The position numbers and the translations under genes are program-made. Shown here one piece after another: positions 9,288 through 20,236 of a stretch of 64,000 nucleotides of DNA (the first letter of the stretch is position 1; each line of letters begins with the position of its first letter). A model generated the notes under the pieces. The model saw only the letters and a program-made list of their open reading frames with translations. It was not told where the DNA came from and did not search any database. The DNA is from Patescibacteria group bacterium (lineage in GTDB: Bacteria > Patescibacteriota > Patescibacteriia > UBA1558 > UBA10009): positions 91,244-155,243 of the forward strand of contig JBAZSE010000002.1 in assembly GCA_041662565.1 (NCBI GenBank), written 5' to 3'.

Positions 9288-10340
9288 ATGTCATTTTCCA
9301 TCGGCATCGTGGGCTTGCCCAATGTGGGCAAATCAACCCTGTTTACCGCTTTAACCAAAAAGCAGGTAGATTGCCAAAATTATCCTTTTTGCACCATTGA
9401 GCCCAATGTGGGTACGGTGGCTGTGCCCGACGAAAGGTTGCAAGCGCTAACCTCTCTTTATAATTCCGCCAAAGTTGTGCCAACCATTATTGAATTTGTG
9501 GATATTGCCGGATTGGTTAAAGGCGCTTCTACCGGAGAGGGCTTGGGCAATAAATTTTTAGCACACATTAGGGAAGTGGATGCCATTATTGAAGTGGTGC
9601 GGGATTTTGTTAATGATGATATTATCCATGTAGCCAATAAAATTAATCCGGCCGAAGACATTAAAACCATTAACTTGGAGCTTATAATTTCGGATTTGGA
9701 AACGGTTAGCAAGCGGTTGGCTAATTTGGAAAAACAAGCTAAGGGTAATGTGGCCAAAGAACTGGTAAAAAATTTGGAAATTTTAAAAGAACTGAAAAAT
9801 TTATTGGAACAGGAAAAATTCGCCAATGAAATTAAAGTAGATAAAGAAGACGAGCATTTTGTGAAAGAATTAAACTTACTAACCAGCAAGCCGATTATGT
9901 ATGTTTATAATGTTGATGAAAACGAACTTGCCAAAAACGATGAACGATTAAAAATTTGTGCTAAATTAGAAGCCGAACTTGCTGCTCTTTCGGAAGAGGA
10001 AGTTAAAGAATACTTGGAAGCGGCCGGCATTAAACAAACCGGTTTAGATCGGCTAATCGTGGAATCATACAAACTTTTAAATTTAATCACTTTTTTTACA
10101 GCCGGCCCCAAAGAAGCGCACGCTTGGACTTTGGTTAATGGAACCCTAGCCCCTCAAGCCGCCGGCGTTATTCATACTGATTTTGAACAGGGTTTTGTGA
10201 GAGCGGAAATTGTTAACTGGGCCGATTTAATTAAAGCCGGCAATGAAGCAAAGGCCAAAGAGTTGGGTTTGGTTAAAACCGAAGGTAAAAATTATATTAT
10301 GAAAGATGGCGATACGGCCAATTTTCTTTTCAATAAATAA
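9288..10340 (+). CDS. ychF: ribosome-binding ATPase YchF
   Basis: GIVGLPNVGKSTLFTALT G1 motif, YchF-specific TGS C-terminus. Confidence 0.85.
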   Translation: MSFSIGIVGLPNVGKSTLFTALTKKQVDCQNYPFCTIEPNVGTVAVPDERLQALTSLYNSAKVVPTIIEFVDIAGLVKGASTGEGLGNKFLAHIREVDAIIEVVRDFVNDDIIHVANKINPAEDIKTINLELIISDLETVSKRLANLEKQAKGNVAKELVKNLEILKELKNLLEQEKFANEIKVDKEDEHFVKELNLLTSKPIMYVYNVDENELAKNDERLKICAKLEAELAALSEEEVKEYLEAAGIKQTGLDRLIVESYKLLNLITFFTAGPKEAHAWTLVNGTLAPQAAGVIHTDFEQGFVRAEIVNWADLIKAGNEAKAKELGLVKTEGKNYIMKDGDTANFLFNK

Positions 10341-10739
10341 AGTAAGGGGACTTATATAAAATCATTTAAGTAGCACAGTTTTCCACTGGCTATATTTTAG
10401 TTTACTTTATATACTCAAATTAGAGAATTAATATTCTCTAAGCACAACATGGAGGGCGATATTTTTTGCTCATTTCATTCACCTATAACTCTGAGGAGCT
10501 TTTCTTATGAGAAATGTACGATTAAGCTATTGTAACCGTTCCAATTGGTGGTTGGTTAAAAAAAATTATTTGTTTATTAAACTGATTGCCAAATTTTCCC
10601 GATTTAAAAAATAGATATTTCTCAAATTATTTATTTCACCCGTCAACATCGCACAAGGAGGCTCCATGATCTTTCTTCTGCCCATCTACACTCTTATAGA
10701 GGAAGGAGGTGACCCAGGTCTCTCATAAGGGACTATCTA

Positions 10740-10796
10740 GCCGCCAGCTACTACATCCAAGAATCGCTTTCTTTGAGGCTGGCGGTTCTTTTTTTA
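10740..10796 (+). terminator. intrinsic terminator inside 570-bp ORF-free region
   Basis: gccgccagc ... gctggcgg stem then tttttttt. Confidence 0.6.
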
Positions 10797-10816
10797 ATAA
10801 AATTAAACCATTTGCC

Positions 10817-10845
10817 TTGACTTTTAGCAAAAAGTGTGCTATCAT
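10817..10845 (+). promoter_or_regulatory. sigma70-like promoter TTGACT-17-TATCAT (copy 1 of duplicated promoter-leader module)
   Basis: identical element in inverted orientation at 31708-31736. Confidence 0.5.
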
Positions 10846-10911
10846 TAAGTAGTAAGCATAGGAAACACCTATGTTTTTTGTTTCTCACGGCCCAATTTTA
10901 TAAACAAAAAT

Positions 10912-11139
10912 ATGAAAATCAAATCAGCCCCACAAAATAATGTTGCTTTAACCCTTTTAATTTGCCTATTGATAGTGGCCGGAACATCTAAGGGTTTGGT
11001 ATTGGCCGGCGAGCATTGGCGGGGCAATCAATTGGTTTTAGCGGAAGAGCTTTCTCCCCTACCCGATCAAGTTAACCAGCATCAGTTGACCGAAATGCTA
11101 AATGACGGCTATTTGGGAGTTGATTTATTTAATTTATAA
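10912..11139 (+). CDS. small hypothetical protein with N-terminal signal/TM segment
   Basis: 75 aa; LTLLICLLIVAGTS hydrophobic N-terminus. Confidence 0.4.
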   Translation: MKIKSAPQNNVALTLLICLLIVAGTSKGLVLAGEHWRGNQLVLAEELSPLPDQVNQHQLTEMLNDGYLGVDLFNL

Positions 11140-11282
11140 TTTTTGTTCTTTTAAAAATTTACAACAGACCTTGAAAAAATAAAAAGGGACTACAATAACG
11201 ATCTACTATCCATCGAGCTCAGCTCGACCAATTGATCATTATTTAGCAAAAAAATACAAGGTTTGTTGAAAAATAAAAACAA

Positions 11283-11425
11283 AAAACAAAAATCTCGGCT
11301 TGGTCCGAGTTTTGTTTTTATTAAAACTTATAACAAAAACATTTACCCTCCGCAGCTCCGAAGCAACGAAGGGGGAAAAAATCTCGGCTAATTACCGAGT
11401 TTTTGTTTTATTAAAATTTTAAAAA
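11283..11425. repeat. two direct copies of a ~45-bp terminator-like hairpin (aaaaatctcggctNNNNccgagtttttgttttattaaaa)
   Basis: copies at ~11286-11330 and ~11376-11425. Confidence 0.55.
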
Positions 11426-11426
11426 C

Positions 11427-11933
11427 CTACCAATAATGGCGAATTAAAATAAACGAGATAACGCTTAAAATAGCCCAATAGCCCCAAAGTTCCCAACCCC
11501 TAAAAAACGGCACAAGCCACCAATCAAAAAAACCGTGCAAGCGTTTTTGGGAAAAGGGCCACCACAATTTTAAACCCAACTTTTTTTTATGAGATGGCAA
11601 ATCCAGCAATAAATGCGTTAGCCACATTAAACTGTAAACCAAAGGCCAATTAAGAATAATGGAAAGGGCAAAAAAGATCAGGGGCGTAAAAATATTGTGC
11701 AATAAATTGTAAGGAAATAAATACCAGTGATTAATTTTTTCTTCCAAATGATTGTAATCATCAAACCGTAATGGTTTTTGGCCGTTATTTTTCATTCGGC
11801 CGTATTCATGAAGAAACTCAAAAGTATCCGGTAAAATGGCAAAAATTACCGTAATAATCCGCTGTTCGGTGGTTAAATTATGCCAACTGCTGGCCGCTAC
11901 CACGCCCACAAATAAATGTGTGCCTAAATCCAT
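11427..11933 (-). CDS. membrane protein, possible metal-dependent hydrolase (DUF457/YdjM-like)
   Basis: MDLGTHLFVG N-terminus, His-rich TM segments. Confidence 0.3.
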   Translation of the reverse strand: MDLGTHLFVGVVAASSWHNLTTEQRIITVIFAILPDTFEFLHEYGRMKNNGQKPLRFDDYNHLEEKINHWYLFPYNLLHNIFTPLIFFALSIILNWPLVYSLMWLTHLLLDLPSHKKKLGLKLWWPFSQKRLHGFFDWWLVPFFRGWELWGYWAILSVISFILIRHYW

Positions 11934-12026
11934 AGATTGTTAAAAAAATTAATGATTATTAGACTTATTAATTATACTATAAATCCAGCACCATTAAAAA
12001 CATTTAAAATAACTATAGTGGGATTA

Positions 12027-13091
12027 TTAATCTGAATGGTGCTGGATAAACATAGCGTCTCCGAAAGAGTAAAACCTGTATTTCTTGTTAATCGCCTCTT
12101 GATAGGCGGCTAAAATAAACTTTCTACCTGCCAAGGCAGATATTAACATCATGAGCGTGCTTTTGGGCAAATGAAAATTGGTAATTAGAGCGTTAACAAA
12201 TTTAAATTTATAACCGGGGTAAATAAAAATGTTTACCCATTTATTTCCGGCCTTAATTTTATCTTTGATAGTAAATGATTCTAAGGTTCTACTGGAAGTT
12301 GTGCCCACCGCAATAATCCGTTGACCATGTTTTTTAGCCAAATTCAATCTGCCCGCTGTTTTGGCATCAACACTTGCCCATTCCGCATGCATTTGATGCT
12401 TTGTAACATCCTTTACTTTAACCGGAGAAAAGGTGCCTAGGCCTACATGCAAAGTAACGTATTCAATTTGAACACCCTGTTTTTTTAATTTGGCTAAAAG
12501 ACCCTTGGTAAAATGAAAACCAGCGGTCGGAGCGGCTACCGAACCTTTGTTTTGCGCAAAAACCGTTTGATATTGATTCTTTAACTTTGCTTTGGAAGAT
12601 TGGCTTTTGATATACGGAGGCAAGGGCACACTGCCGATACTTTCGATTAATTTTTCTAATCTACCACCGGTTCTATTAAATTTAACTTCCCAAACAGATT
12701 CTTCAATTTTTTTCACAATCTGGCATTCTAATCCTTTGCCAAAAACGATATTTTGACCAATCTTTTTTCTTCGATTACCTATTAAAACTTCCCATCGAGC
12801 TGATCCAGCTGAGCTGGATTGGCTTGATTTAACTTCTTTCAATAAAAATACCTCAACTTTGCCGTTAGTATCTTTTTTGTGGCCAATCAACCGAGCCGGA
12901 AAAACTTTGGTGTTATTTAACACCAACACATCGCCTGAATGTAAATAATCCGGCAGATCAAAAAAATGGCGATTAATAATCGTCTTTTTGTTTTTGTCCA
13001 AAACCATCAATCTGGAATGGTCACGCGGAGAAATCGGTTGTTGGGCAATTAATTGTGTAGGTAAATGATAATCAAAATCGGATAACTTCAT
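12027..13091 (-). CDS. queA: S-adenosylmethionine:tRNA ribosyltransferase-isomerase
   Basis: MKLSDFDYHLPTQLIAQQP canonical QueA N-terminus. Confidence 0.9.
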   Translation of the reverse strand: MKLSDFDYHLPTQLIAQQPISPRDHSRLMVLDKNKKTIINRHFFDLPDYLHSGDVLVLNNTKVFPARLIGHKKDTNGKVEVFLLKEVKSSQSSSAGSARWEVLIGNRRKKIGQNIVFGKGLECQIVKKIEESVWEVKFNRTGGRLEKLIESIGSVPLPPYIKSQSSKAKLKNQYQTVFAQNKGSVAAPTAGFHFTKGLLAKLKKQGVQIEYVTLHVGLGTFSPVKVKDVTKHQMHAEWASVDAKTAGRLNLAKKHGQRIIAVGTTSSRTLESFTIKDKIKAGNKWVNIFIYPGYKFKFVNALITNFHLPKSTLMMLISALAGRKFILAAYQEAINKKYRFYSFGDAMFIQHHSD

Positions 13092-13102
13092 GAGTGATTA
13101 AT

Positions 13103-14125
13103 TTACAATAATTTTGACTGTAATTCTTGCGGCACGGGTAAACCCAAGTGCTGATAACCCAATTCCGTAACTACCCTGCCCCGGGGGGTGCGCATAATAA
13201 AACCTAACTGCATTAAATAGGGTTCATAAATTTCTTCAATCGTACCTTCTTCTTCCTGCACCGCGGCCGCTACGGAATTTAAACCAACAGGTCCGCCTTT
13301 AAATTTTTGAATAATGGTTTCTAAAATCCTTCTATCCAAATAATCCAATCCTTGTTCATCAACATCCATTAATTTAAGGGCTTCGGTAGCCAATTCCTGA
13401 CTGATTTTACCATTGCCTTTTACCTGGGCAAAATCCCTAACTCTTTTTAACAGCCGATTGGCGATTCTGGGAGTAAGGCGCGATCGCTTAGCAATTAATT
13501 TGGCTGCCTCGGTAATTAAATCAATATTTAAAATGCGCGCGCTGCGATTTAAAATCTGCTCAATTTCGGGAAAATTATAATAATCCAAACGGTAGGTGGC
13601 GCCAAATCTATCGCGCAAAGGTGAGGATAATAAATTATAACGGGTGGTGGCGCCAATAATGGTAAACTTGGGCAAATCCAGGCGCAAGGTTCTGGCGGAA
13701 GGGCCCTTACCGATAACAATATCTAGCGCGTAATCTTCCATAGCCGGATACAACACTTCTTCTATAATTTTATTCAAACGATGAATTTCATCAATAAATA
13801 AAATATCTCCCGGCTCAAGGTTGGTTAAAATCGCGGCCAAATCGCCGGCTCGTTCAATTGCCGGCCCGCTAGTTACCCTAATGTTAACCCCCATCTCATG
13901 GGCAATAATATGAGCCAAAGTGGTTTTGCCTAACCCCGGCGGGCCGTACAGCAAAACATGCTCAATGGGCTCCGCGCGCTTTTTGGCGGCCGCCATAAAA
14001 ATATCCAAATTATCTTTTATTTTTTGCTGACCAAAATATTCGGTCAAATTTTGCGGACGCAAAGTGGCATCAAAGGCCTGATCCTCGTTTTTTTCGGTTG
14101 GAGTAATGATTCTTTCTTCTGGCAT
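13103..14125 (-). CDS. ruvB: Holliday junction branch-migration helicase RuvB
   Basis: [14 protein letters not shown] Walker A, RuvB arginine finger region. Confidence 0.9.
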   Translation of the reverse strand: MPEERIITPTEKNEDQAFDATLRPQNLTEYFGQQKIKDNLDIFMAAAKKRAEPIEHVLLYGPPGLGKTTLAHIIAHEMGVNIRVTSGPAIERAGDLAAILTNLEPGDILFIDEIHRLNKIIEEVLYPAMEDYALDIVIGKGPSARTLRLDLPKFTIIGATTRYNLLSSPLRDRFGATYRLDYYNFPEIEQILNRSARILNIDLITEAAKLIAKRSRLTPRIANRLLKRVRDFAQVKGNGKISQELATEALKLMDVDEQGLDYLDRRILETIIQKFKGGPVGLNSVAAAVQEEEGTIEEIYEPYLMQLGFIMRTPRGRVVTELGYQHLGLPVPQELQSKLL

Positions 14126-14317
14126 AGTAAAACAATTTTACCCCGCACCACTTTTAAAATCAAGTGGTTTAATGAACATGTATAAAACCAATAAAGATTA
14201 ACAAAGGAATACCATTTTTAGAAGGCATTGACAAGATTAATTACCTGAACTAAGCTTGGCTTAACTAGAGTACAATCCAACTTATCGAGCACGGCTCGAC
14301 AAAAATACGAGGCAATC

Positions 14318-14548
14318 ATGGATCCGTTAATCATCAAAGTGGTGATTGGGGCAATTTGGTTTGCCTTAGGCAATCATTACTTTTTCGATTGTGTCCCGGG
14401 ATACTTGCATCCGGACATTCCCTGGTGGGGCCCTGGCATCATCTATGCGCTCTTTATCATTTTAGCGCCCTTTACCTTGGCCATACACATCGCCGGTTTT
14501 CTATTTGAGATCTCTGAGCCAAGCCCCAAACCCAAGACCGCCATTTGA
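14318..14548 (+). CDS. small membrane protein
   Basis: 76 aa, two TM segments. Confidence 0.35.
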   Translation: MDPLIIKVVIGAIWFALGNHYFFDCVPGYLHPDIPWWGPGIIYALFIILAPFTLAIHIAGFLFEISEPSPKPKTAI

Positions 14549-14607
14549 CGGTCTTTTTTTATGCAACAAAAAAAGCCCTGCCCAAATAGTAAGCAAGGCA
14601 TTTTTTC

Positions 14608-15585
14608 TTATTTTTTGCCTTTTTTAATTCTGGAACATCTGATTAAACCGGAACAGGGAATAACCTCTACGCCTCTTTTTACCAATTCATCCAAAAACAA
14701 GTTCATACCCAAAGAATCGGATGACATATGTCCGGCAATAACAATGTTAAGATGAGCTTTTTCGGCTTCTAAACGATTATCTTCCTTCATATGCATACCC
14801 ACCACCGTACCAATGCCGGCCATGGCCAAATGGCTGTAAATTTCCTTACTGCCTTCGGTCCCGCCGGTAATTTCGGTTAAGGCGATTTTACCGGTGTAGT
14901 TGGATTCTTTACCGCAGAATAATCTGGGCCCTGATTTAAATTTAATGGCCTCTTGATATTCGGGCTGTTTTTTAATTAAAGCCAAAAGTTCGCCCACGGT
15001 TTCAATATTTTTTAAATCTTTTTTAATCACCTGATCCAAATAGTTGGCCACCAAATTATCGGTTGGCGTATGGGTGCACATAACGCTAAAATCCAACAGT
15101 TTGGCAGCATCAATCACGCGGTTATGGTTAACCGCCGAAACTCCTCTAGAGACCTCACTCATTCTAATGTGAGTTAAACCCTCGGCCACATTGATGGGCA
15201 TGCCATACTTAGCCATTAATTCCACTTGCAATTCCATTACTTCGTGCAAACCCGCCAAAGCCGAGCCAATGGGATGATGAGCCAAAACCAAATCAATTTT
15301 TTTGCCGTTCTTACTAAGTTCATTGGCGAGTAATAAATCCGAAACCTCAATATCAATACCGGCTAAAATCCGTTTAACCGGCCTATTTGGATCGCCCCAA
15401 AAACGGGTATCGGAAAAAGGATTGGTTAAGCGTTCTTGGTCAAATTCATTTTTTTGCGCCTGGGAGAGATCGTTAAAATGCATTTTAACGCGCTCCAATT
15501 TGCGCTTAACAATGGCTTGCCCTCTAAGATCGCTTTTAACACCCAGCTCAATGGCTAGATTATAAATTTGTTTAACTGTCATCAT
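14608..15585 (-). CDS. NIF3-family dinuclear-metal-centre protein (YqfO/YbgI-like)
   Basis: DLVLAHHP and IAGHMSSD motifs; start at second Met block MMTVKQ. Confidence 0.55.
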   Translation of the reverse strand: MMTVKQIYNLAIELGVKSDLRGQAIVKRKLERVKMHFNDLSQAQKNEFDQERLTNPFSDTRFWGDPNRPVKRILAGIDIEVSDLLLANELSKNGKKIDLVLAHHPIGSALAGLHEVMELQVELMAKYGMPINVAEGLTHIRMSEVSRGVSAVNHNRVIDAAKLLDFSVMCTHTPTDNLVANYLDQVIKKDLKNIETVGELLALIKKQPEYQEAIKFKSGPRLFCGKESNYTGKIALTEITGGTEGSKEIYSHLAMAGIGTVVGMHMKEDNRLEAEKAHLNIVIAGHMSSDSLGMNLFLDELVKRGVEVIPCSGLIRCSRIKKGKK

Positions 15586-15751
15586 ATGTTTATTTCCTTT
15601 AATGATAAGCTTAAGCAATTTAACAAATTATTCGACTTTTAGCAAATCTTGACCCACGCCCCGTGCGAGGGCTGAGTTGACAAAATGGCTGAATTTTGAT
15701 ACAAAGTAACGATTACTGCACGAATAACCTCACATCAAAAACGGAAAAAAG

Positions 15752-16105
15752 ATGAACAAACTTGTCATCAAGCAACCGGAAATCTGTTTCTTTATTGGCA
15801 ATGCTCTCAAGCTCGTCATCGATGAGCAGAGGAATATCTGCCATGATGATGGCGCAAACAGGACTGTTTTGGGCCGTTTAGTGGGATTTGTTGATCCTCA
15901 AAACGACCAAAATAAATCCTCTTTCCCGGTCGCCGGCTGGCAGCTGATCTTTGCCAATGAAGACGGCAAGGAATGCACTTTCGACCCGAAGGTCACCACC
16001 ATTCTCAATCGTCGAGGCAATGGCGACCAACGAAGTCGAAGCGTCGAAATGGATCTTGATCGCAGAGAAAAGCCCGATAGGCGGCAACAATCCGCCCCGA
16101 TCTGA
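15752..16105 (+). CDS. hypothetical protein encoded on a locally GC-rich (~50%) segment
   Basis: 117 aa ORF; followed by terminator gacggaca...tgtccgtc T7 at 16119-16160. Confidence 0.35.
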   Translation: MNKLVIKQPEICFFIGNALKLVIDEQRNICHDDGANRTVLGRLVGFVDPQNDQNKSSFPVAGWQLIFANEDGKECTFDPKVTTILNRRGNGDQRSRSVEMDLDRREKPDRRQQSAPI

Positions 16106-16246
16106 TCACCAAGTCACTTGACGGACACTAACCTACCCAGGTTGCTGTCCGTCTTTTTTTAATCAAAAAACGGTTAGGATTTTTACCCAACCGTTTAGTT
16201 TTATTAATTACTAGTTACCGGCATTTTGCCACTGACACCAAAATCT

Positions 16247-18796
16247 TTACACAAAAGTAACGCTTGCAACCTTATCGCCTTCTTCTTTAAACCTCATTAA
16301 CCTTACGCCTTGAGTAGCCCGGCCTATCACGTTAACCGATTTTAACGGCATGCGGATAACCTGGCCTTTTTGCGCCATAATAATCAAATCCTCGGCACTT
16401 CGTTTGGCATTAACAATAAAGGCAGAAACTAGCTTGCCGGTTTTGGCGGTTACCGACGCGGTTTTAATCCCCGATCCGCCTCTACCCTGAATTTTATATT
16501 CTTTTAAGTTGGTTCGTTTGCCAAAACCGTTTTCCAAAACTACCAGCAACTGCTCATCAACTCCGGCTTTACCCTGATCCACCACGTCCATGCCCACTAC
16601 TTCATCGCCGGATTTTTTTAGTTTAATGCCCCGTACTCCGGATGCGCCTCGGCCCATTTCTCTAATACCTTCTTCTTTAAATCTAATAGCTTGGCCTTGG
16701 GCGGTAACCAAAATAATATTATCCTTGCCGGTGGAAGGTTTAACCCACTTTAACTGATCATTGCCTTTTAGTTTAATGGCAATCAAACCTGATCTTCTAA
16801 CATTTTCAAATTTATCAATGCCCACTTTTTTAATCACGCCTTCGATAGTTACCATCACCAGATATTTAAAAGCTGTCATATCTTCATTTGATAACACGGC
16901 CGTGACTTTTTCTTCCGGAGATAATTGGAGGAAGTTAACAATGGCCTGGCCCTTGGCCGTGCGGCTGGCAGCCGGAATTTCGTAGGCCTTGGTTTGGAAC
17001 AATCTGCCCCTACTGGTAAAGAACATTAAATCGGCGTGAGTAGTAGTAGAGAATAAATGTTCCACCACATCTTCTTCTTTGGTGGTTTGGCCAATTACGC
17101 CCTTACCGCCCCGCTCCTGGACTTTAAAAGTATCCGGCGGCAAACGCTTAATATAGCCATCGTTGGTAACCATGACCACGGTTGATTCGTTGGGAATTAA
17201 ATCTTCGGCCGTAAATTGTCCTATGGCGCCTTTAACAATTTTGGTTCTGCGTTCATCGCCGTATTTAGCCCTTAATTCGGCTAGTTCTGTTTTAATAATG
17301 CCTAAAATCCTTTGCGTATCTTTAAGGATCGCCTCAAGTTCTTTAATCAGCTTTTTCTTTTCTTTTAATTCTTCTTCAACCCTCAAGCGTTCCAAATTAG
17401 CCAACTGCTGTAACTTCATTTCCAAAATCGCCAATGCCTGCCTCTCGGAGAGTTTGAATTTTTTAATCAAATTAACTTTGGCATCTTCTTTATCTTTGGA
17501 TTTTTTAATGGTAGCAATAATTTGATCAATATCTTCCAAAGCCATGACCAAACCCTCTAAAATATGAGCGCGATCTTTGGCTTTATTTAAATCAAACTGG
17601 GTCCGCGCCCTAATTACGCCATGGCGGTGCTTAACGTATTCTTCCAAAATCATCTTCAGCGTTAAAACTTTGGGCTGAATGCCATCCACCAAAGCCAATA
17701 AGTTAACATGAAAAGTTTCTTGCAATTGAGTGTGCTTGTAAAGCGCGTTTAAAACCTTTTTGGGGTAGGCCTCTTTTTTAAGTTCAATCACCACCCGCAC
17801 GCCTTCGCGATCGGATTCATCGCGCAAATCCCTAATGCCTTCGATTTTTTTATCCTTAACCAGTTCGGCGATTTTTTCGACCAAACTGGATTTATTAACC
17901 TGATAAGGAATTTCGGTAACCACGATATTAAAAGTCCCGCCTTTGGCTTCCACAATTTCGGCATTGGCGCGCATAACGATTCCGCCCTTGCCGGTAGCGT
18001 AAGCGGCTTTGATTTCATTAATATTGTAAATAGTGGCACCGGTAGGAAAATCCGGGCCTTTAACAAACTGCATTAAATCATCAACCGAAGCATTGGGATG
18101 ATCAATCAAATGGGTTATGCCATCGATAAGTTCGGTTAAATTATGAGGCGGAATGTTGGTAGCCATACCAACGGCAATTCCCACCGAACCGTTTAAAAGC
18201 AAATTGGGCAGTTTGGCCGGCAACACAGTCGGTTCAATTTGCGAGCCATCGTAGTTAGGAATAAATTTAACGGTTTCTTTTTCCAAATCAAATAATAATT
18301 CCTCGGCCAAATGGGTTAACTTGGCTTCGGTATAACGCATGGCGGCAGCACTATCGCCATCCATGGAACCAAAGTTTCCCTGGCCGTTAACCAACGGATA
18401 GCGCATGGCAAAATCCTGCGCCATTCTGACCAAAGTATCGTAAACAGCCACATCGCCGTGCGGATGATACTTACCCAAAACTTCACCAACAACCGTGGCG
18501 GATTTGCGGAATTTGGCGCTGGCTTTTAAGCCAATAGTCCCCATGGCGTACAAAATACGCCTATGCACCGGCTTTAAACCATCCCTAACATCAGGTAAAG
18601 CACGGGCCACAATCACGCTCATGGCATAATCCAAATAGGAAGTTTTCATTTCTTCCACAATGGGCTGGATTTCCAGTTTGCCTTGGTTATTTACCAATTC
18701 CAAACCGCTTAAAGCATGCTGTTTTAAGCCTTCGGTTTTTCCGCCCAACGGGCTGGAGGGTTTTTTAGCTTCGGGGCTGTGTAATTTTTTTGGCAT
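16247..18796 (-). CDS. gyrA: DNA gyrase subunit A
   Basis: [32 protein letters not shown], active-site Tyr region, C-terminal beta-pinwheel repeats. Confidence 0.95.
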   Translation of the reverse strand: MPKKLHSPEAKKPSSPLGGKTEGLKQHALSGLELVNNQGKLEIQPIVEEMKTSYLDYAMSVIVARALPDVRDGLKPVHRRILYAMGTIGLKASAKFRKSATVVGEVLGKYHPHGDVAVYDTLVRMAQDFAMRYPLVNGQGNFGSMDGDSAAAMRYTEAKLTHLAEELLFDLEKETVKFIPNYDGSQIEPTVLPAKLPNLLLNGSVGIAVGMATNIPPHNLTELIDGITHLIDHPNASVDDLMQFVKGPDFPTGATIYNINEIKAAYATGKGGIVMRANAEIVEAKGGTFNIVVTEIPYQVNKSSLVEKIAELVKDKKIEGIRDLRDESDREGVRVVIELKKEAYPKKVLNALYKHTQLQETFHVNLLALVDGIQPKVLTLKMILEEYVKHRHGVIRARTQFDLNKAKDRAHILEGLVMALEDIDQIIATIKKSKDKEDAKVNLIKKFKLSERQALAILEMKLQQLANLERLRVEEELKEKKKLIKELEAILKDTQRILGIIKTELAELRAKYGDERRTKIVKGAIGQFTAEDLIPNESTVVMVTNDGYIKRLPPDTFKVQERGGKGVIGQTTKEEDVVEHLFSTTTHADLMFFTSRGRLFQTKAYEIPAASRTAKGQAIVNFLQLSPEEKVTAVLSNEDMTAFKYLVMVTIEGVIKKVGIDKFENVRRSGLIAIKLKGNDQLKWVKPSTGKDNIILVTAQGQAIRFKEEGIREMGRGASGVRGIKLKKSGDEVVGMDVVDQGKAGVDEQLLVVLENGFGKRTNLKEYKIQGRGGSGIKTASVTAKTGKLVSAFIVNAKRSAEDLIIMAQKGQVIRMPLKSVNVIGRATQGVRLMRFKEEGDKVASVTFV

Positions 18797-18974
18797 AAAT
18801 AATATTAAAAAAATCTTAACAACAAATTCGTCAGGAAATTACTAAAGTAAATTATTTTTAGGAACCGTAAACAACCGAAACCACCATCATTAATATCGCA
18901 AATGAGCAAACGCTCAAGGCGGTAACAATCACGGCTGGCAAATGTTTGTATCTCATAAATTTTATTTTTATAAA

Positions 18975-19340
18975 TTATTGTTTATTTTGTTCTAATTTGA
19001 TTTTTAACTTATTTATCAGCTCGCCCTCTTCCAAAATAGGTTCGCTGGAAGTAGCCGGGGTAGAAGTGGCCAGCTGTTCGGCAGTTTTGGCGATATTTTC
19101 AATTTGGGATTTTATTTCCCCAAAAACTTGGCCGCCTTGATTAAGGGAATTTTTTAATTCCTTAAATTTTTCGCTTAGCCCCGGCTGCTTGGGTTTAACG
19201 GATACAGCCGAAACGGCAAAATTTTTAAAAAAGTGGAACCAAATGGCAATGATGATAACGCTTAAAACGGCAATGTAAGCCCACATTTCTTTTTTTTGCC
19301 TGGGTGTGGGAGCAGACATGTTAATTTGTCGACGGTTCAA
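18975..19340 (-). CDS. hypothetical membrane-anchored coiled-coil protein
   Basis: single N-terminal TM, 121 aa. Confidence 0.35.
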   Translation of the reverse strand: MNRRQINMSAPTPRQKKEMWAYIAVLSVIIIAIWFHFFKNFAVSAVSVKPKQPGLSEKFKELKNSLNQGGQVFGEIKSQIENIAKTAEQLATSTPATSSEPILEEGELINKLKIKLEQNKQ

Positions 19341-19962
19341 TAATGATAAAGTTGGTTTCTTCTTCCGGCAAATCCTTGCGGCTAACCTTGTATTTATCTA
19401 TTGTTTCAAAATTACCGCCCACGGCTTTTTTAAAGCTATCCAAAGAATCCAATTTAACTTTTAAGCCGGGCAATTGGTAATTCATAGGAATTACCACCCT
19501 GGGTTCCAATTCGCTGATTAATTCGGCAGCGGCTTCGGCCTTTAAACCATCCGATCCGCCAACCGGTAAAATTAAAATATCCACGCCTTCCAAACGCTCC
19601 AACTGCTTTTCGCTTAATTTAGTGGATTTTATTTTACCCAAATGAGCCAAATGAATGCCTTCGGTTTCAATTAAATAAATCAAACCATCCTTATTCGAAC
19701 CACCCGGGTCAGCCGGCAAACCATAAATAAAAATATCCTTAACTTCGTATTCGCCTGCCGTGCTGATAGTAAAACTTTGCTCGCCTTTGCCTTTGGCTTC
19801 GGGGTTATTGGTAAACAAGGCAATATCGTTTTGCATCCTGGGCAACTTTAAACCAGTTGAATCATCGTAAGGATCTATAATAACGGAAGCGCCGTTGTTT
19901 TGAATTCTAAAGCAAGTTAAACCAAAATAGGAAATATTCATATTATATAAAATGTTTGCCAA
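19321..19962 (-). CDS. metallo-beta-lactamase-fold hydrolase
   Basis: VIIDPYDD ... HLAHLG ... PVGG pattern. Confidence 0.45.
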   Translation of the reverse strand: MANILYNMNISYFGLTCFRIQNNGASVIIDPYDDSTGLKLPRMQNDIALFTNNPEAKGKGEQSFTISTAGEYEVKDIFIYGLPADPGGSNKDGLIYLIETEGIHLAHLGKIKSTKLSEKQLERLEGVDILILPVGGSDGLKAEAAAELISELEPRVVIPMNYQLPGLKVKLDSLDSFKKAVGGNFETIDKYKVSRKDLPEEETNFIIIEPSTN

Positions 19963-20055
19963 AGCAATGCGCCCAATGGCGAAAAAATTAAGCTAAATCT
20001 TGACTAAATAATAGCAAAAAATCCGATGTTTGTAAACCCCTAAAATCCTGGATTC

Positions 20056-20084
20056 TTGACTCAAAACCCTTCTTCCTCTATAAT
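20056..20084 (+). promoter_or_regulatory. consensus-like promoter TTGACT-17-TATAAT upstream of rpsA leader
   Basis: exact -10 TATAAT, 17-nt spacer. Confidence 0.55.
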
Positions 20085-20236
20085 ATCAGCACTCTCATTA
20101 TTACTACCTCCTGCGGCCCATTTTTAAGCAAAAAAAGCCACAATAGAGAGACAGGAGGGCTTTTTACTGGCATTTATGCCTTTAAAAGGTTAAGCGGTAT
20201 TTTTTTGTGCTAAAAATACAAAAAAATTAAAATTAT

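Noticed and set aside
16761-18066. Several 60–120-aa ORFs on either strand inside gyrA
   Set aside because: Antisense or out-of-frame ORFs within a conserved essential gene; spurious.
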